From a virus (taxonomy: Duplodnaviria > Heunggongvirae > Uroviricota > Caudoviricetes), in IMG/VR virus record IMGVR_UViG_2917865565_000006, positions 1-32,349 of that record: a stretch of DNA of 32,349 nt; one strand, 5' to 3'. The position numbers were made by a program, and so were the translations under genes. Shown in pieces: positions 1 to 8,606 of the stretch. Positions within the stretch are counted from its first letter, which is position 1, and each line of letters opens with the position of its first letter. The notes under the pieces were generated by a model. That model was not told the DNA's origin, did no database searches, and was given only the letters and a program-made list of their open reading frames with translations.

Positions 1-996
1 TTATGGACGCATTATGGACATTCCTGACACCGGGTTAAGAGTCACAGCATCTTGTAAGAAATCCGGTGCAAAGTGTGCGTAGGTCATAGTTTGCTGAATG
101 TCAGAATGACCCAGGATGCGCTGCAATGTGATTATGTTACCTCCATTCATTATAAAATGTGTGGCAAATGTATGCCTCAAAACATGCACTGCCTGTCCGT
201 CAGGTAAATCGGGTTTTACTTCCCTGAGAGCGTTGCGCACTTTGTAGTAACTGGCATTAAAAAGCCTGCCTGAATTTTTGGTCTTGATCCGTTTAATCAG
301 GTCCTGCGAAACGGGAATTGTCCTGCGCTTTCCGTTTTTAGTTTTCATAAACGTAACCATCTGGTTAATGATGTGTTCAGCTTTCAAATTAGACACTTCA
401 CTCCAGCGTCCACCAGTAGAAAGGCAGACCAGAGTTGCATTTAACTCATCACCATCAAGCATGGATAACAGCCGCGTAATCTCTTCACTGGACAAAAAAG
501 CCATTTCCGTAACAGCTTCACGTAACCGCTTAACCTCACGGAACGGGTTGTGAGAGTGATATTCACCGGCGTCAATTAACTTGGTGAACATCCCGCTCAT
601 TATTGCCAGATGCCGATTTACGCTGGCTGGTTTTAGACCATCGTTCATCATTACAACGCGATAATCAGTTATCGTTTTCTTTGTTAGCTGGTCCGCCCTG
701 GACACTCCCATCTCAGCAAATTTGGCGATTATTGTCGTCAAACGCCCTCGTTCAATATCTCCACGCTCATGTGATTTTCCGTGATATATCCACCATCTGC
801 CTAACAACTCTGTAAGAGTTCGGCGGTCGGCCGGCTTCTCCAACCACTCTTTGTTGTGGAAGTTAACCAGTACATGACGTTCGAATGCCTGAGCTTCACC
901 TTTAGTTTTAAATTTCCGCCTGATACGTTTTCCATCTGCACCCTGCGGTCTGACGTCCACTTCATAACGACCATCATCGAGCTTTTTAATAGACAT
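1..996 (-). CDS. int: Tyrosine integrase (P2 Int-like), 331 aa
   Basis: Minus-strand ORF at the left edge; C-terminal LRHTFAT and LGHSDIQQTMTYAH motifs match the tyrosine-recombinase catalytic signature; sits next to the C repressor as in P2. Confidence 0.9.
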   Translation of the reverse strand: MSIKKLDDGRYEVDVRPQGADGKRIRRKFKTKGEAQAFERHVLVNFHNKEWLEKPADRRTLTELLGRWWIYHGKSHERGDIERGRLTTIIAKFAEMGVSRADQLTKKTITDYRVVMMNDGLKPASVNRHLAIMSGMFTKLIDAGEYHSHNPFREVKRLREAVTEMAFLSSEEITRLLSMLDGDELNATLVCLSTGGRWSEVSNLKAEHIINQMVTFMKTKNGKRRTIPVSQDLIKRIKTKNSGRLFNASYYKVRNALREVKPDLPDGQAVHVLRHTFATHFIMNGGNIITLQRILGHSDIQQTMTYAHFAPDFLQDAVTLNPVSGMSIMRP

Positions 997-1089
997 AAAG
1001 CCCTCCGATGACGCTGTTTACTTCTACTACTTGAAAATTAATGCAATTTTCTTTCGTACATTTACTGCACACATATGCTGAATAAATCG

Positions 1090-1389
1090 TCAGCCAGTCT
1101 TTTGGTCTGAGTGGTGCAAGGTTGTTGAGTCTTGCCCAATGTGTGCGAGCGCCGGGGCTATTTGTCCGGCAGCGGGATCTGTCTCATCAAACATGAACCA
1201 GTCACGATATTTACGGAATCTTGGGTGTTTCAGAAGTCGCACTACCGCGTCATGTGAAATGGATGATTTCCCATTTTCGTACCCCACATAGGTAACGTAA
1301 TTAATACCTGTCATTTCAGCTACTTCCTTCTTCTTGAGGCGTTCAGACTCACGAATAAGTTTAAGTTTCTCACGAATCTCAATTGACAT
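1090..1389 (-). CDS. C: Immunity repressor C (P2 C family), 99 aa
   Basis: 99-aa minus-strand ORF between int and the divergent early operon; C-terminal GQIAPALAH tail as I recall for P2 C; N-terminal half appears divergent, suggesting a different immunity specificity. Confidence 0.8.
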   Translation of the reverse strand: MSIEIREKLKLIRESERLKKKEVAEMTGINYVTYVGYENGKSSISHDAVVRLLKHPRFRKYRDWFMFDETDPAAGQIAPALAHIGQDSTTLHHSDQKTG

Positions 1390-1493
1390 AATGAATCAGA
1401 TCTCTTATTTTTAATCCGTTGTGATATTCCACACCTAACTCTAGCCAACTCTAACTAGCTTTAGTTTGTGGAGCCAATTAGGAGAATAGCAAA
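1390..1493. promoter_or_regulatory. Divergent early/repressor promoter region (Pe/Pc analogue) with direct-repeat candidate operators
   Basis: 104-bp AT-rich gap between the divergent C and cox-like genes; direct repeats AACTCTA at 1437-1443 and 1447-1453 and CTAACT at 1435-1440 and 1451-1456; RBS AGGAG 9 nt before the ATG at 1494. Confidence 0.55.
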
Positions 1494-1850
1494 ATGAATG
1501 TCGGATCTGAAATTTCTGACGAGACAAGACAAGAAGTCTCAGTTCTTACAAAAGCAAAACGTCATTCAGTTAAATTGGCTGCTGTGCCTTCAGATTTGCT
1601 GTCGAAAGAGGGTTTTGCTCTTTACATAGGTAAGACACCACGCGCTGTAGCAGAAATGGCGAGAGCAGGCAAGCTCCCTGCGTTCTATATGACAGACCCA
1701 CTGAAGCCAGGGGGGAATGCTGAGTTATGGATTAATCGTCGTGAGTGGGACAAATATGCAGCTCAACTAGTCGATGAAGCTCCGACAGAATGGCATGACT
1801 GGAAGAACCGCATTAGTTATAGCAAGTCGAAATTAGGGCGTATGGTGTGA
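1494..1850 (+). CDS. Cox-like excisionase / early regulator (118 aa, longer than the 91 aa I recall for P2 Cox)
   Basis: First gene of the rightward early operon, opposite C; good RBS; GKLP..MTDP segment; assignment is by position and weak similarity only. Confidence 0.5.
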   Translation: MNVGSEISDETRQEVSVLTKAKRHSVKLAAVPSDLLSKEGFALYIGKTPRAVAEMARAGKLPAFYMTDPLKPGGNAELWINRREWDKYAAQLVDEAPTEWHDWKNRISYSKSKLGRMV

Positions 1851-1859
1851 GGGCATGTT

Positions 1860-2457
1860 ATGAACACTATAGTAGGAAACACGGCAGCTAAAAAAAATTC
1901 AATCGTTGATCATCGAGCTGCGCACGAGACTTTTGTCGATTGAAGGGCAATCTAACGTATCAGCCATAGTTGATGACATAGAAATTGAAGCGAAAAAATT
2001 AGAAGAAGAAGTTAATTTTCTGGCTTTACCTGTAAGAGCTGCAGAAATTGAGACTTTGACGCATTTAATTAAATGTGGATGTGTCAGGCTGGAAAATAAC
2101 AAAAGAGATGAACGTAATGAGATTATAAATAATTTACAAGAGTCATTTGCGTTAATCAGCCAGAATCAACATGCCCCAACTAAAACAAAAAGAAGCAAAT
2201 CAAGTAAATTTGAGGTTTTGCGTTTTGGTGATCTTTCTATTATTGGTTGCGAGCTAACCCCATTACGCAACTATGTGACTCTATACTGTAGAGCTTGTTA
2301 TGAAAATGACAGGTTTATCGGTCATGTGTACTACGGAGTATCAAAGTTATCGGGTGACGAAAAAGGTTATAGCGAATTTGATGCGCTGAGTATTATTAAT
2401 GCTGTAGAAAAATATGCGCCAGGAATGCAAAAATACTCATGGCGCAAAGTAGATTGA
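1860..2457 (+). CDS. Hypothetical protein in AT-rich moron island; probably starts at ATG 1860 and is broken by a +1 frameshift in an A8 run (1890-1897); the ORF track shows only 1906-2457
   Basis: Strong RBS GAGGG 7 nt upstream of ATG 1860; a 27-codon ORF in frame 0 becomes continuous with the 183-aa ORF if one A is removed from the A8 run (MNTIVGNTAAKK then IQSLIIELRTRLL...). No recognisable domain. Confidence 0.45.
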
Positions 2458-2459
2458 AA

Positions 2460-2666
2460 TTATTTTTCTTTATTCAGCTCTAAGTATTCGCCGATAGTAG
2501 CATGAAGATTTTTTAATTGCTCGAGTTGAATACTAATTGCAAGAACATTATCGCTTTTTAGGTTTAAGTCGGTATGAAGGTGTGCGAGTAGTCTCATCTT
2601 ACCCTCACTGACAATACCATCGATAGTGATTTTGTCTGGAAATACAGTAACAGTTTTTTTGTCCAT
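2460..2666 (-). CDS. Hypothetical small protein (68 aa from internal ATG), convergent with the upstream moron gene
   Basis: Minus-strand ORF; internal Met (MDKKTVTVFPDKITIDG...) preceded by AAGGTG RBS; the longer GTG-initiated form (to 2714) has no RBS. AT-rich. Confidence 0.45.
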   Translation of the reverse strand: MDKKTVTVFPDKITIDGIVSEGKMRLLAHLHTDLNLKSDNVLAISIQLEQLKNLHATIGEYLELNKEK

Positions 2667-2765
2667 TTTTACACCTTTTGTGGTTGGTTGTTTTTGGCGA
2701 TTCGATCTTACCACAAGACCATGTGCCGGACATGGCTAAAAACCGGCTCTGTTTCAGGAGGAGTT

Positions 2766-2936
2766 ATGCCGGAACCTCGTTGTATTGCTCAGTTATTGCG
2801 TAACGAAAGCCCAAGGGCGATTGACTTCACCATCACCCACGGTAAGGGGCGTAAGGGAATCATTATCCGCACCAAAAAACAGAGTCCGTTAAAAAAGGCT
2901 CTGACCTTTCTGAAAAGCCGGAGGGTATGGAAATGA
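2766..2936 (+). CDS. Small basic protein, orf78-like (56 aa)
   Basis: ATG at 2766 preceded by CAGGAGGAG RBS; immediately upstream of B and overlapping its start; position matches P2 orf78. Confidence 0.55.
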   Translation: MPEPRCIAQLLRNESPRAIDFTITHGKGRKGIIIRTKKQSPLKKALTFLKSRRVWK

Positions 2937-3433
2937 CAGTGATGACGCTCAATCTCGTTGAAAAACAGCCAGCAGCTATGCGCCGGATAATTGGTAAGCA
3001 TCTTGCCGTTCCTCGCTGGCAGGATACATGTGATTATTATAATCAGATGATGGAGCGCGAACGGCTAACAGTTTGCTTTCATGCGCAGTTAAAACAGCGT
3101 CACGCAACGATGCGTTTTGAAGAAATGAACGACGTCGAACGTGAACGACTGGTATGTGCAATTGATGAATTGCGTGGGGCATTCTCAAAACGTCGTCAGG
3201 TCGGTGCAAGTGAGTATGCATATATTAGTTTTTTAACAGTCAGTCAGCGCCGTACTTTATTTATGCATGCCGGATTGACTGAAAAAGAATTCAACCAGCC
3301 ATACTGGCGAATTAATGAAGAGTCATGTTACTGGCGTGATGCTTTATTCCGTGCATTACGTGAATTATTCAGTCTGTTTGAGTATGCACCGACAATTCTG
3401 ACGTCGGTAAAACCAGAGCAATATCTGCATTAA
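2933..3433 (+). CDS. B: Replication protein B (P2 gpB-like, 166 aa)
   Basis: Position in the early operon between cox/orf78 and orf80-83/A; length from the second ATG (2933) equals the 166 aa I recall for P2 B. Confidence 0.7.
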   Translation: MTVMTLNLVEKQPAAMRRIIGKHLAVPRWQDTCDYYNQMMERERLTVCFHAQLKQRHATMRFEEMNDVERERLVCAIDELRGAFSKRRQVGASEYAYISFLTVSQRRTLFMHAGLTEKEFNQPYWRINEESCYWRDALFRALRELFSLFEYAPTILTSVKPEQYLH

Positions 3434-3496
3434 GTAATTAACCAGAGTTTTTAACGCACTTAATCGTGCGGGGCTTCTTTTTGCCTGGAGAAAGTT

Positions 3497-3721
3497 ATGC
3501 ATACAGTTTCTGAAAATCAGTGCGGTAAATACGCATTACTGCTGCAACAGGCCAGAACCGAAGCACAGGCCGACGCTGCGACGCGCTTTTCTTCTCATCT
3601 TGATGCCATGATTCGCCACATCACAAAGGCGGAGTTATCCCGCGTGGAGATAGTCGAGCTGCTCAGTCAGGAGTCGGAAAAATTTCACAATATCGGATTG
3701 TCTCGCGGGGAGGTGCTTTGA
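3497..3721 (+). CDS. Early-operon hypothetical protein (orf80-like, 74 aa)
   Basis: ORF with GGAGAAAG RBS; stop overlaps the next start; synteny with the P2 orf80-83 cluster. Confidence 0.6.
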   Translation: MHTVSENQCGKYALLLQQARTEAQADAATRFSSHLDAMIRHITKAELSRVEIVELLSQESEKFHNIGLSRGEVL

Positions 3722-4023
3722 TGTCCTGTTCTCGTTCAGTTGTATTACTGAATAACGCCTTAAAAATCGCCGTTATGAAAAATGGCGATTTGTCTCTTAT
3801 TCAACTTGGTCTTGATAAAGAAAAACGCGAAATAACTGAGTCTGTTATCGCGATTTATCAGAACGAATTAAACCTCCTGTCTGATGTGGTCAATTTACTT
3901 GTTAAACGCGCTGTGTTTCACAAGCAAATCTCCTCCGTGGATGAACTGACGAAATTAACGACAGAAATCGCCAGCTATTGCGCTGATGAATTTAAAAACC
4001 TTAACGACAAAAGGAACTGGTAA
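3718..4023 (+). CDS. Early-operon hypothetical protein (orf81-like, 101 aa)
   Basis: Translationally coupled ORF (ATGA overlap with upstream gene) in the early operon. Confidence 0.6.
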   Translation: MMSCSRSVVLLNNALKIAVMKNGDLSLIQLGLDKEKREITESVIAIYQNELNLLSDVVNLLVKRAVFHKQISSVDELTKLTTEIASYCADEFKNLNDKRNW

Positions 4024-4247
4024 TGCCGGACAACGTAGATTTTATTCAGGAACAACAGGCTGAATTACTGGAGCGCCAGATTAACGCGGCAAGGGTAAAA
4101 CATTGCGGTGCTTCTGCGCTGGTTTGCGAAGAGTGTGACGCGCCAATACCTGCTGCCCGTCGTGCAGCTTATCCGTCAGCCACGCGTTGTGTTTCCTGCC
4201 AGTCAGTCTTTGAAGCAAAAAACAAGCATTACCGGAGAATGGCATGA
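4023..4247 (+). CDS. TraR/DksA-family C4 zinc-finger protein (orf82-like, 74 aa)
   Basis: CEEC...16 aa...CVSC four-cysteine motif typical of TraR/DksA-type zinc fingers; coupled to neighbouring genes. Confidence 0.7.
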   Translation: MPDNVDFIQEQQAELLERQINAARVKHCGASALVCEECDAPIPAARRAAYPSATRCVSCQSVFEAKNKHYRRMA

Positions 4248-4519
4248 GTATTCGTATCGAAATTGGCGAACGTTATGTCGTTACCAGTGACAGCTTTCAG
4301 TTTATTCTCCACGAGAAAAAGAGAGCGGAAAGCGGTAAAAACGCTGGTCAGGAATGGCTGGCGGTGGTTGGTTATTACCCGAAATTAAGCCAGCTCGTTT
4401 CCGGCCTGATGCATCACGATATTCTGACCGGAAACGCAAAATCTTTTGCTGATTTAAACGCGCAGGTTGAGCAACTCAGCAAGCGTTGTTCAGAGGCTTT
4501 TGGCTCATATGGCCGTTAA
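4244..4519 (+). CDS. Early-operon hypothetical protein (orf83-like, 91 aa)
   Basis: ORF overlapping the start of A; position matches P2 orf83. Confidence 0.6.
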   Translation: MSIRIEIGERYVVTSDSFQFILHEKKRAESGKNAGQEWLAVVGYYPKLSQLVSGLMHHDILTGNAKSFADLNAQVEQLSKRCSEAFGSYGR

Positions 4520-6791
4520 AGCCTCCGGGCGTTTTGTCCCTCCGTCAGCATTTGCCGCAGGCACCGGTAAGGCGTTTACCGGTGCTTATGCATGGAACGC
4601 GCCACGCGAGGCCGTCGGGCGCGAAAGACCCCTTACACGTGACGAGATGCGTCAGGTGCAAGGTGTTTTATCCACGATTAACCGCCTGCCTTACTTTTTG
4701 CGCTCGCTGTTTACTTCACGCTATGACTACATCCGGCGCAATAAAAGCCCGGTGCACGGGTTTTATTTCCTCACATCCACTTTTCAGCGTCGTTTATGGC
4801 CGCGCATTGAGCGTGTGAATCAGCGCCATGAAATGAACACCGACGCGTCGTTGCTGTTTCTGGCAGAGCGTGACCACTATGCGCGCCTGCCGGGAATGAA
4901 TGACAAGGAGCTGAAAAAGTTTGCTGCCCGTATCTCATCGCAGCTTTTCATGATGTATGAGGAACTCTGCGATGCCTGGGTGGATGCGCATGGCGAAAAA
5001 GAATCGCTGTTTACGGATGAGGCGCAGGCACATCTGTATGGTCATGTTGCTGGCGCTGCACGTGCTTTCAATATTTCCCCGCTTTACTGGAAAAAATACC
5101 GTAAAGGGCAGATGACCACGAGGCAGGCATATTCTGCTATTGCCCGCCTGTTTAACGATGAGTGGTGGACTCATCAGCTTAAAGGCCAGCGTATGCGCTG
5201 GCATGAGGCGTTACTGATTGCTGTCGGGGAGGTCAATAAAGACCGTTCTCCTTATGCCAGTAAACATGCCATTCGTGATGTGCGTGCGCGCCGCCAGGCA
5301 AATCTGGAATTTCTTAAATCGTGTGACCTCGAAAACAGGGAAACCGGCGAGCGCATCGACCTTATCAGTAAGGTGATGGGCAGTATTTCTAATCCTGAAA
5401 TTCGCCGGATGGAGCTGATGAACACCATCGCCGGTATTGAGCGTTACGCCGCTGCAGAGGGTGATGTGGGGATGTTTATCACGCTGACCGCGCCGTCAAA
5501 GTATCACCCGACACGTCAGGTCGGAAAAGGCGAAAGTAAAACCGTCCAGCTAAATCACGGCTGGAACGATGAGGCATTTAATCCAAAGGATGCGCAGCGT
5601 TATCTCTGCCATATCTGGAGCCTGATGCGCACGGCATTCAAGGATAATGATTTACAGGTCTACGGTTTGCGTGTCGTCGAGCCACACCACGACGGAACGC
5701 CGCACTGGCATATGATGCTTTTTTGTAATCCACGCCAGCGTAACCAGATTATTGAAATCATGCGTCGCTACGCGCTCAAAGAGGATGGCGACGAAAGAGG
5801 AGCTGCGCGAAACCGTTTTCAGGCAAAACACCTTAACCGGGGCGGTGCTGCGGGATATATCGCGAAATACATTTCAAAAAACATCGACGGCTATGCACTG
5901 GATGGTCAGCTCGATAACGATACCGGCAGGCCGCTGAAAGACACTGCCGCGGCTGTTACCGCATGGGCGTCAACGTGGCGTATTCCGCAATTTAAAACTG
6001 TTGGCCTGCCGACAATGGGGGCTTACCGTGAACTACGCAAATTACCTCGCGGCGTCAGCATTGCTGATGAGTTTGACGAACGCGTCGAGGCTGCACGCGC
6101 TGCCGCAGACAGTGGCGATTTTGCGCTGTATATCAGCGCGCAGGGTGGGGCAAATGTCCCGCGCGATTGTCAGACTGTCAGGGTCGCCCGTAGTCCGTCG
6201 GATGACGTTAACGAGTACGAGGAAGAAGTCGAGAGAGTGGTCGGCATTTACGCACCGCATCTCGGCGCACGTCATATTCATATCACCAGAACGACGGACT
6301 GGCGCATTGTTCCGAAAGTGCCGGTCGTTGAGCCTTTGACTTTAAAAAGCGGCATCGCCGCGCCTCGGAGTCCTGTCAATAACTGTGGAAAGCTCACCGG
6401 CGGTGATACTTCGTTACCGGCTCCCACACCGACTGAGCATGCTGCAGCGGTGTTAAATTTAATAGATGAAGGGATTCTAAGTTGGACCGAGCCAGGCATT
6501 ATGAAGGTACTTAGAGACTTATTGAGTAATGAACTGAAATGCAGTAATCGTTCACAGCAGAGCTTTACCCCTTTCATTGGTCGAAGCTACTTTCCTGCCC
6601 CATCCGCCCGGTTGACAAGGCAGGAGAGAAAGACTATCCCGAAAATTAAGGTTCTTCTTGCACAAAGTGACATTCAGGCTAGTTATTGGGAGCTTGAAGC
6701 TCTCGCTCGCGGAGCTGTTTTGGATTTTGGGCATAAGCGTTTTAAATTTGATAACGATATCGACTTTTTTGACAGACAGCGTGAGTGGTAG
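4509..6791 (+). CDS. A: Replication initiation endonuclease gpA (rolling-circle initiator), 760 aa from ATG 4509
   Basis: Large ORF at the end of the early operon; HWHMMLF metal-binding motif; length from 4509 is within one residue of the 761 aa I recall for P2 A. The ORF-track start at 4467 is probably an in-frame extension. Confidence 0.9.
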   Translation: MAVKASGRFVPPSAFAAGTGKAFTGAYAWNAPREAVGRERPLTRDEMRQVQGVLSTINRLPYFLRSLFTSRYDYIRRNKSPVHGFYFLTSTFQRRLWPRIERVNQRHEMNTDASLLFLAERDHYARLPGMNDKELKKFAARISSQLFMMYEELCDAWVDAHGEKESLFTDEAQAHLYGHVAGAARAFNISPLYWKKYRKGQMTTRQAYSAIARLFNDEWWTHQLKGQRMRWHEALLIAVGEVNKDRSPYASKHAIRDVRARRQANLEFLKSCDLENRETGERIDLISKVMGSISNPEIRRMELMNTIAGIERYAAAEGDVGMFITLTAPSKYHPTRQVGKGESKTVQLNHGWNDEAFNPKDAQRYLCHIWSLMRTAFKDNDLQVYGLRVVEPHHDGTPHWHMMLFCNPRQRNQIIEIMRRYALKEDGDERGAARNRFQAKHLNRGGAAGYIAKYISKNIDGYALDGQLDNDTGRPLKDTAAAVTAWASTWRIPQFKTVGLPTMGAYRELRKLPRGVSIADEFDERVEAARAAADSGDFALYISAQGGANVPRDCQTVRVARSPSDDVNEYEEEVERVVGIYAPHLGARHIHITRTTDWRIVPKVPVVEPLTLKSGIAAPRSPVNNCGKLTGGDTSLPAPTPTEHAAAVLNLIDEGILSWTEPGIMKVLRDLLSNELKCSNRSQQSFTPFIGRSYFPAPSARLTRQERKTIPKIKVLLAQSDIQASYWELEALARGAVLDFGHKRFKFDNDIDFFDRQREW

Positions 6792-6880
6792 TTGAAAAAA
6801 ACGGTCAAACGGGGTAACAATATGTTATTGTTGAGGAATTGTTTGTTATGGTTTAATTTTTATACACGGCAGAAAAGCAT

Positions 6881-8106
6881 ATGAGCATGGTTGAATGGAT
6901 AAGCCACGAGAAAAAAGATAGCCTGATACTATTTGTACATGGATTAAATGGTGGTTTGGAAACATGGAACTTTAATAAAGAAACTTCATTTCCAAAACTA
7001 TTAGCAGAAGATGAAGACATTAGCAATGTATTTGATATTGCATGTTTCAATTATTTCACCAAATTTACACAAACGTATGCTAAAAACGTCAGGATTATTG
7101 GCTCGTATTTTCTCTAAGAAAAATAAGTTAGAGAGAAATTTACCAACTGATGAAATAGCTGAGTTATTGTATACTGAGATTAGGGTAACGCTAAGTGATT
7201 ACTCTCGAATTATAATAATCGCCCATAGTATGGGGGGGTTAATATCAAAAAATCTAATTCTAAAAAAAGTTGAGCATGAGGAACAATCTAATATAATTGG
7301 ATTCATTTCGTTAGCAGTCCCTCACTTTGGTGCTAAATTAGCGAATATAACTTCAATGGTATCTTCAAATGCTCAGTTAGTAGATCTTGGATTGTTAAGT
7401 GAAGCGACTGATACATTGAATAGGCGCTGGATAAATTGTAGCAAAAAACTTCCTATCACTAGATATGTTTATGGTTCTCATGACACTATAGTTGATAAAA
7501 AAAAGTGCATTACCGATGGATAGTGAACGAAATAACTCAATTGCAGTTAATGAAGGGCATAGCTCAATTTGCAAGCCCGAAAACAGCTCGTCTACAGTGT
7601 TTGTTGCGGTAAAGCAATTTATTCAGCAGATAAATTTAGAAGCACCCAAGAAGATATGCGTTGAGCGTTTTTCTGATGAGAAACAATATGATAATGAGTA
7701 TTTCGTCTTAAAAATGATTGTCGCAGATATACATCAGGATATCGCTATGCATGCAAAGGAATATTATTATAATGCTGAGCTTGCGAGAAATATTTTTACG
7801 AGTGATTACGATAGGAAACTACTTGGTCATTTGTATTCTAAAATAAGGGAGATTTACCAGGAAGAGTATGAGCAATACATCGCGAATTCAATTTCCCCAG
7901 ATAAATTTATTGCTGCTGTTCATAGACGAATAGCCCAGGAGGATAAGTCGTCGTTAGATTCTCTTATAAAAAGTTTAGAAACGATACATAAGAAAGGAAT
8001 GTTGCATCAACTGGCTAACAAAAATGACAGGGATATTGTCTGGTCATCCGAAACCAGCGTAGAAACTTTGGAGCAATTACGGCGAGGTAATCATGAAGAA
8101 AAATAA
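6881..8106 (+). CDS. Alpha/beta-hydrolase (lipase/esterase-like) candidate defense effector with C-terminal helical domain; reading frame broken twice (three ORF-track pieces 6881-7117, 7011-7523, 7492-8106)
   Basis: Oxyanion-hole motif LILFVHGLNGG (about 6935-6955), nucleophile elbow AHSMGG (Ser codon 7227-7229) and candidate His in EGHSSICKP lie in three different frames; pieces join if one A is removed from the A5 run at 7082-7086 and from the A8 run at 7497-7504. AT-rich, unlike the backbone. Confidence 0.6.
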
Positions 8107-8606
8107 CTTGCCGTATATTCCTCTTGATGAAGAGTATAGCTTGAATTTTGCTATACTTGCCATTGCTATATCTATATTATCTCATAGCAAAAAAGGAGTG
8201 TTATCATTAGATATTAATAAAATACAAATTTTTTATGTATCTGATAAAAAACCCATCAAAAATAGATTATGCTCTTACAGTTTCGGGGAAAAAACCTGCT
8301 TGTGTCGAGTCCCAGTTAACTTATACAATAAAGAGTTTTTCATCAAATGTAGATATCTTATTCGACAATTCCAAAGTGAAATATCTTATAAAAATTATGT
8401 CATTGCGGGGATTGCTCTCAGCTGAGAAAAAAAATAATGAGAGTGTTAAATTATTTTTATCTGAAAAAGGTAAGGAATTTGCTAGCTCATTGACTGATGG
8501 ATATTTTAAAGAAATAAAACGACTATCCGAAGCATTGTTACCGCTACAAGCATTGCCTACATCTAAGTTAAACTCTGTTATAAATCAAGTCTTCAAGGAG
8601 AAATGA
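8093..8606 (+). CDS. Small middle component of the candidate three-gene system (about 170 aa), frame broken once (pieces 8093-8425 and 8235-8606)
   Basis: Start ATG 8093 with GAGGT RBS overlaps the hydrolase stop; stop overlaps the ATPase start (ATGATGA at 8603); two overlapping ORFs in different frames joinable at an A6 run (about 8246-8300). No recognisable domain. Confidence 0.5.

Noticed and set aside
4467-4508. Extended N-terminus of gene A starting at 4467
   Set aside because: Start at 4509 gives almost exactly the P2 A length and the typical small overlap with the upstream gene; the upstream in-frame Met lies deep inside orf83.
7011-7100. N-terminal part of ORF-track ORF 7011-7523 (MKTLAMYLILHVSIISPNLHKRML...) as an independent start
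   Set aside because: This stretch is the out-of-frame overlap with the hydrolase N-terminal fragment; the real protein most likely continues from the upstream frame through a frameshift near 7082-7086.
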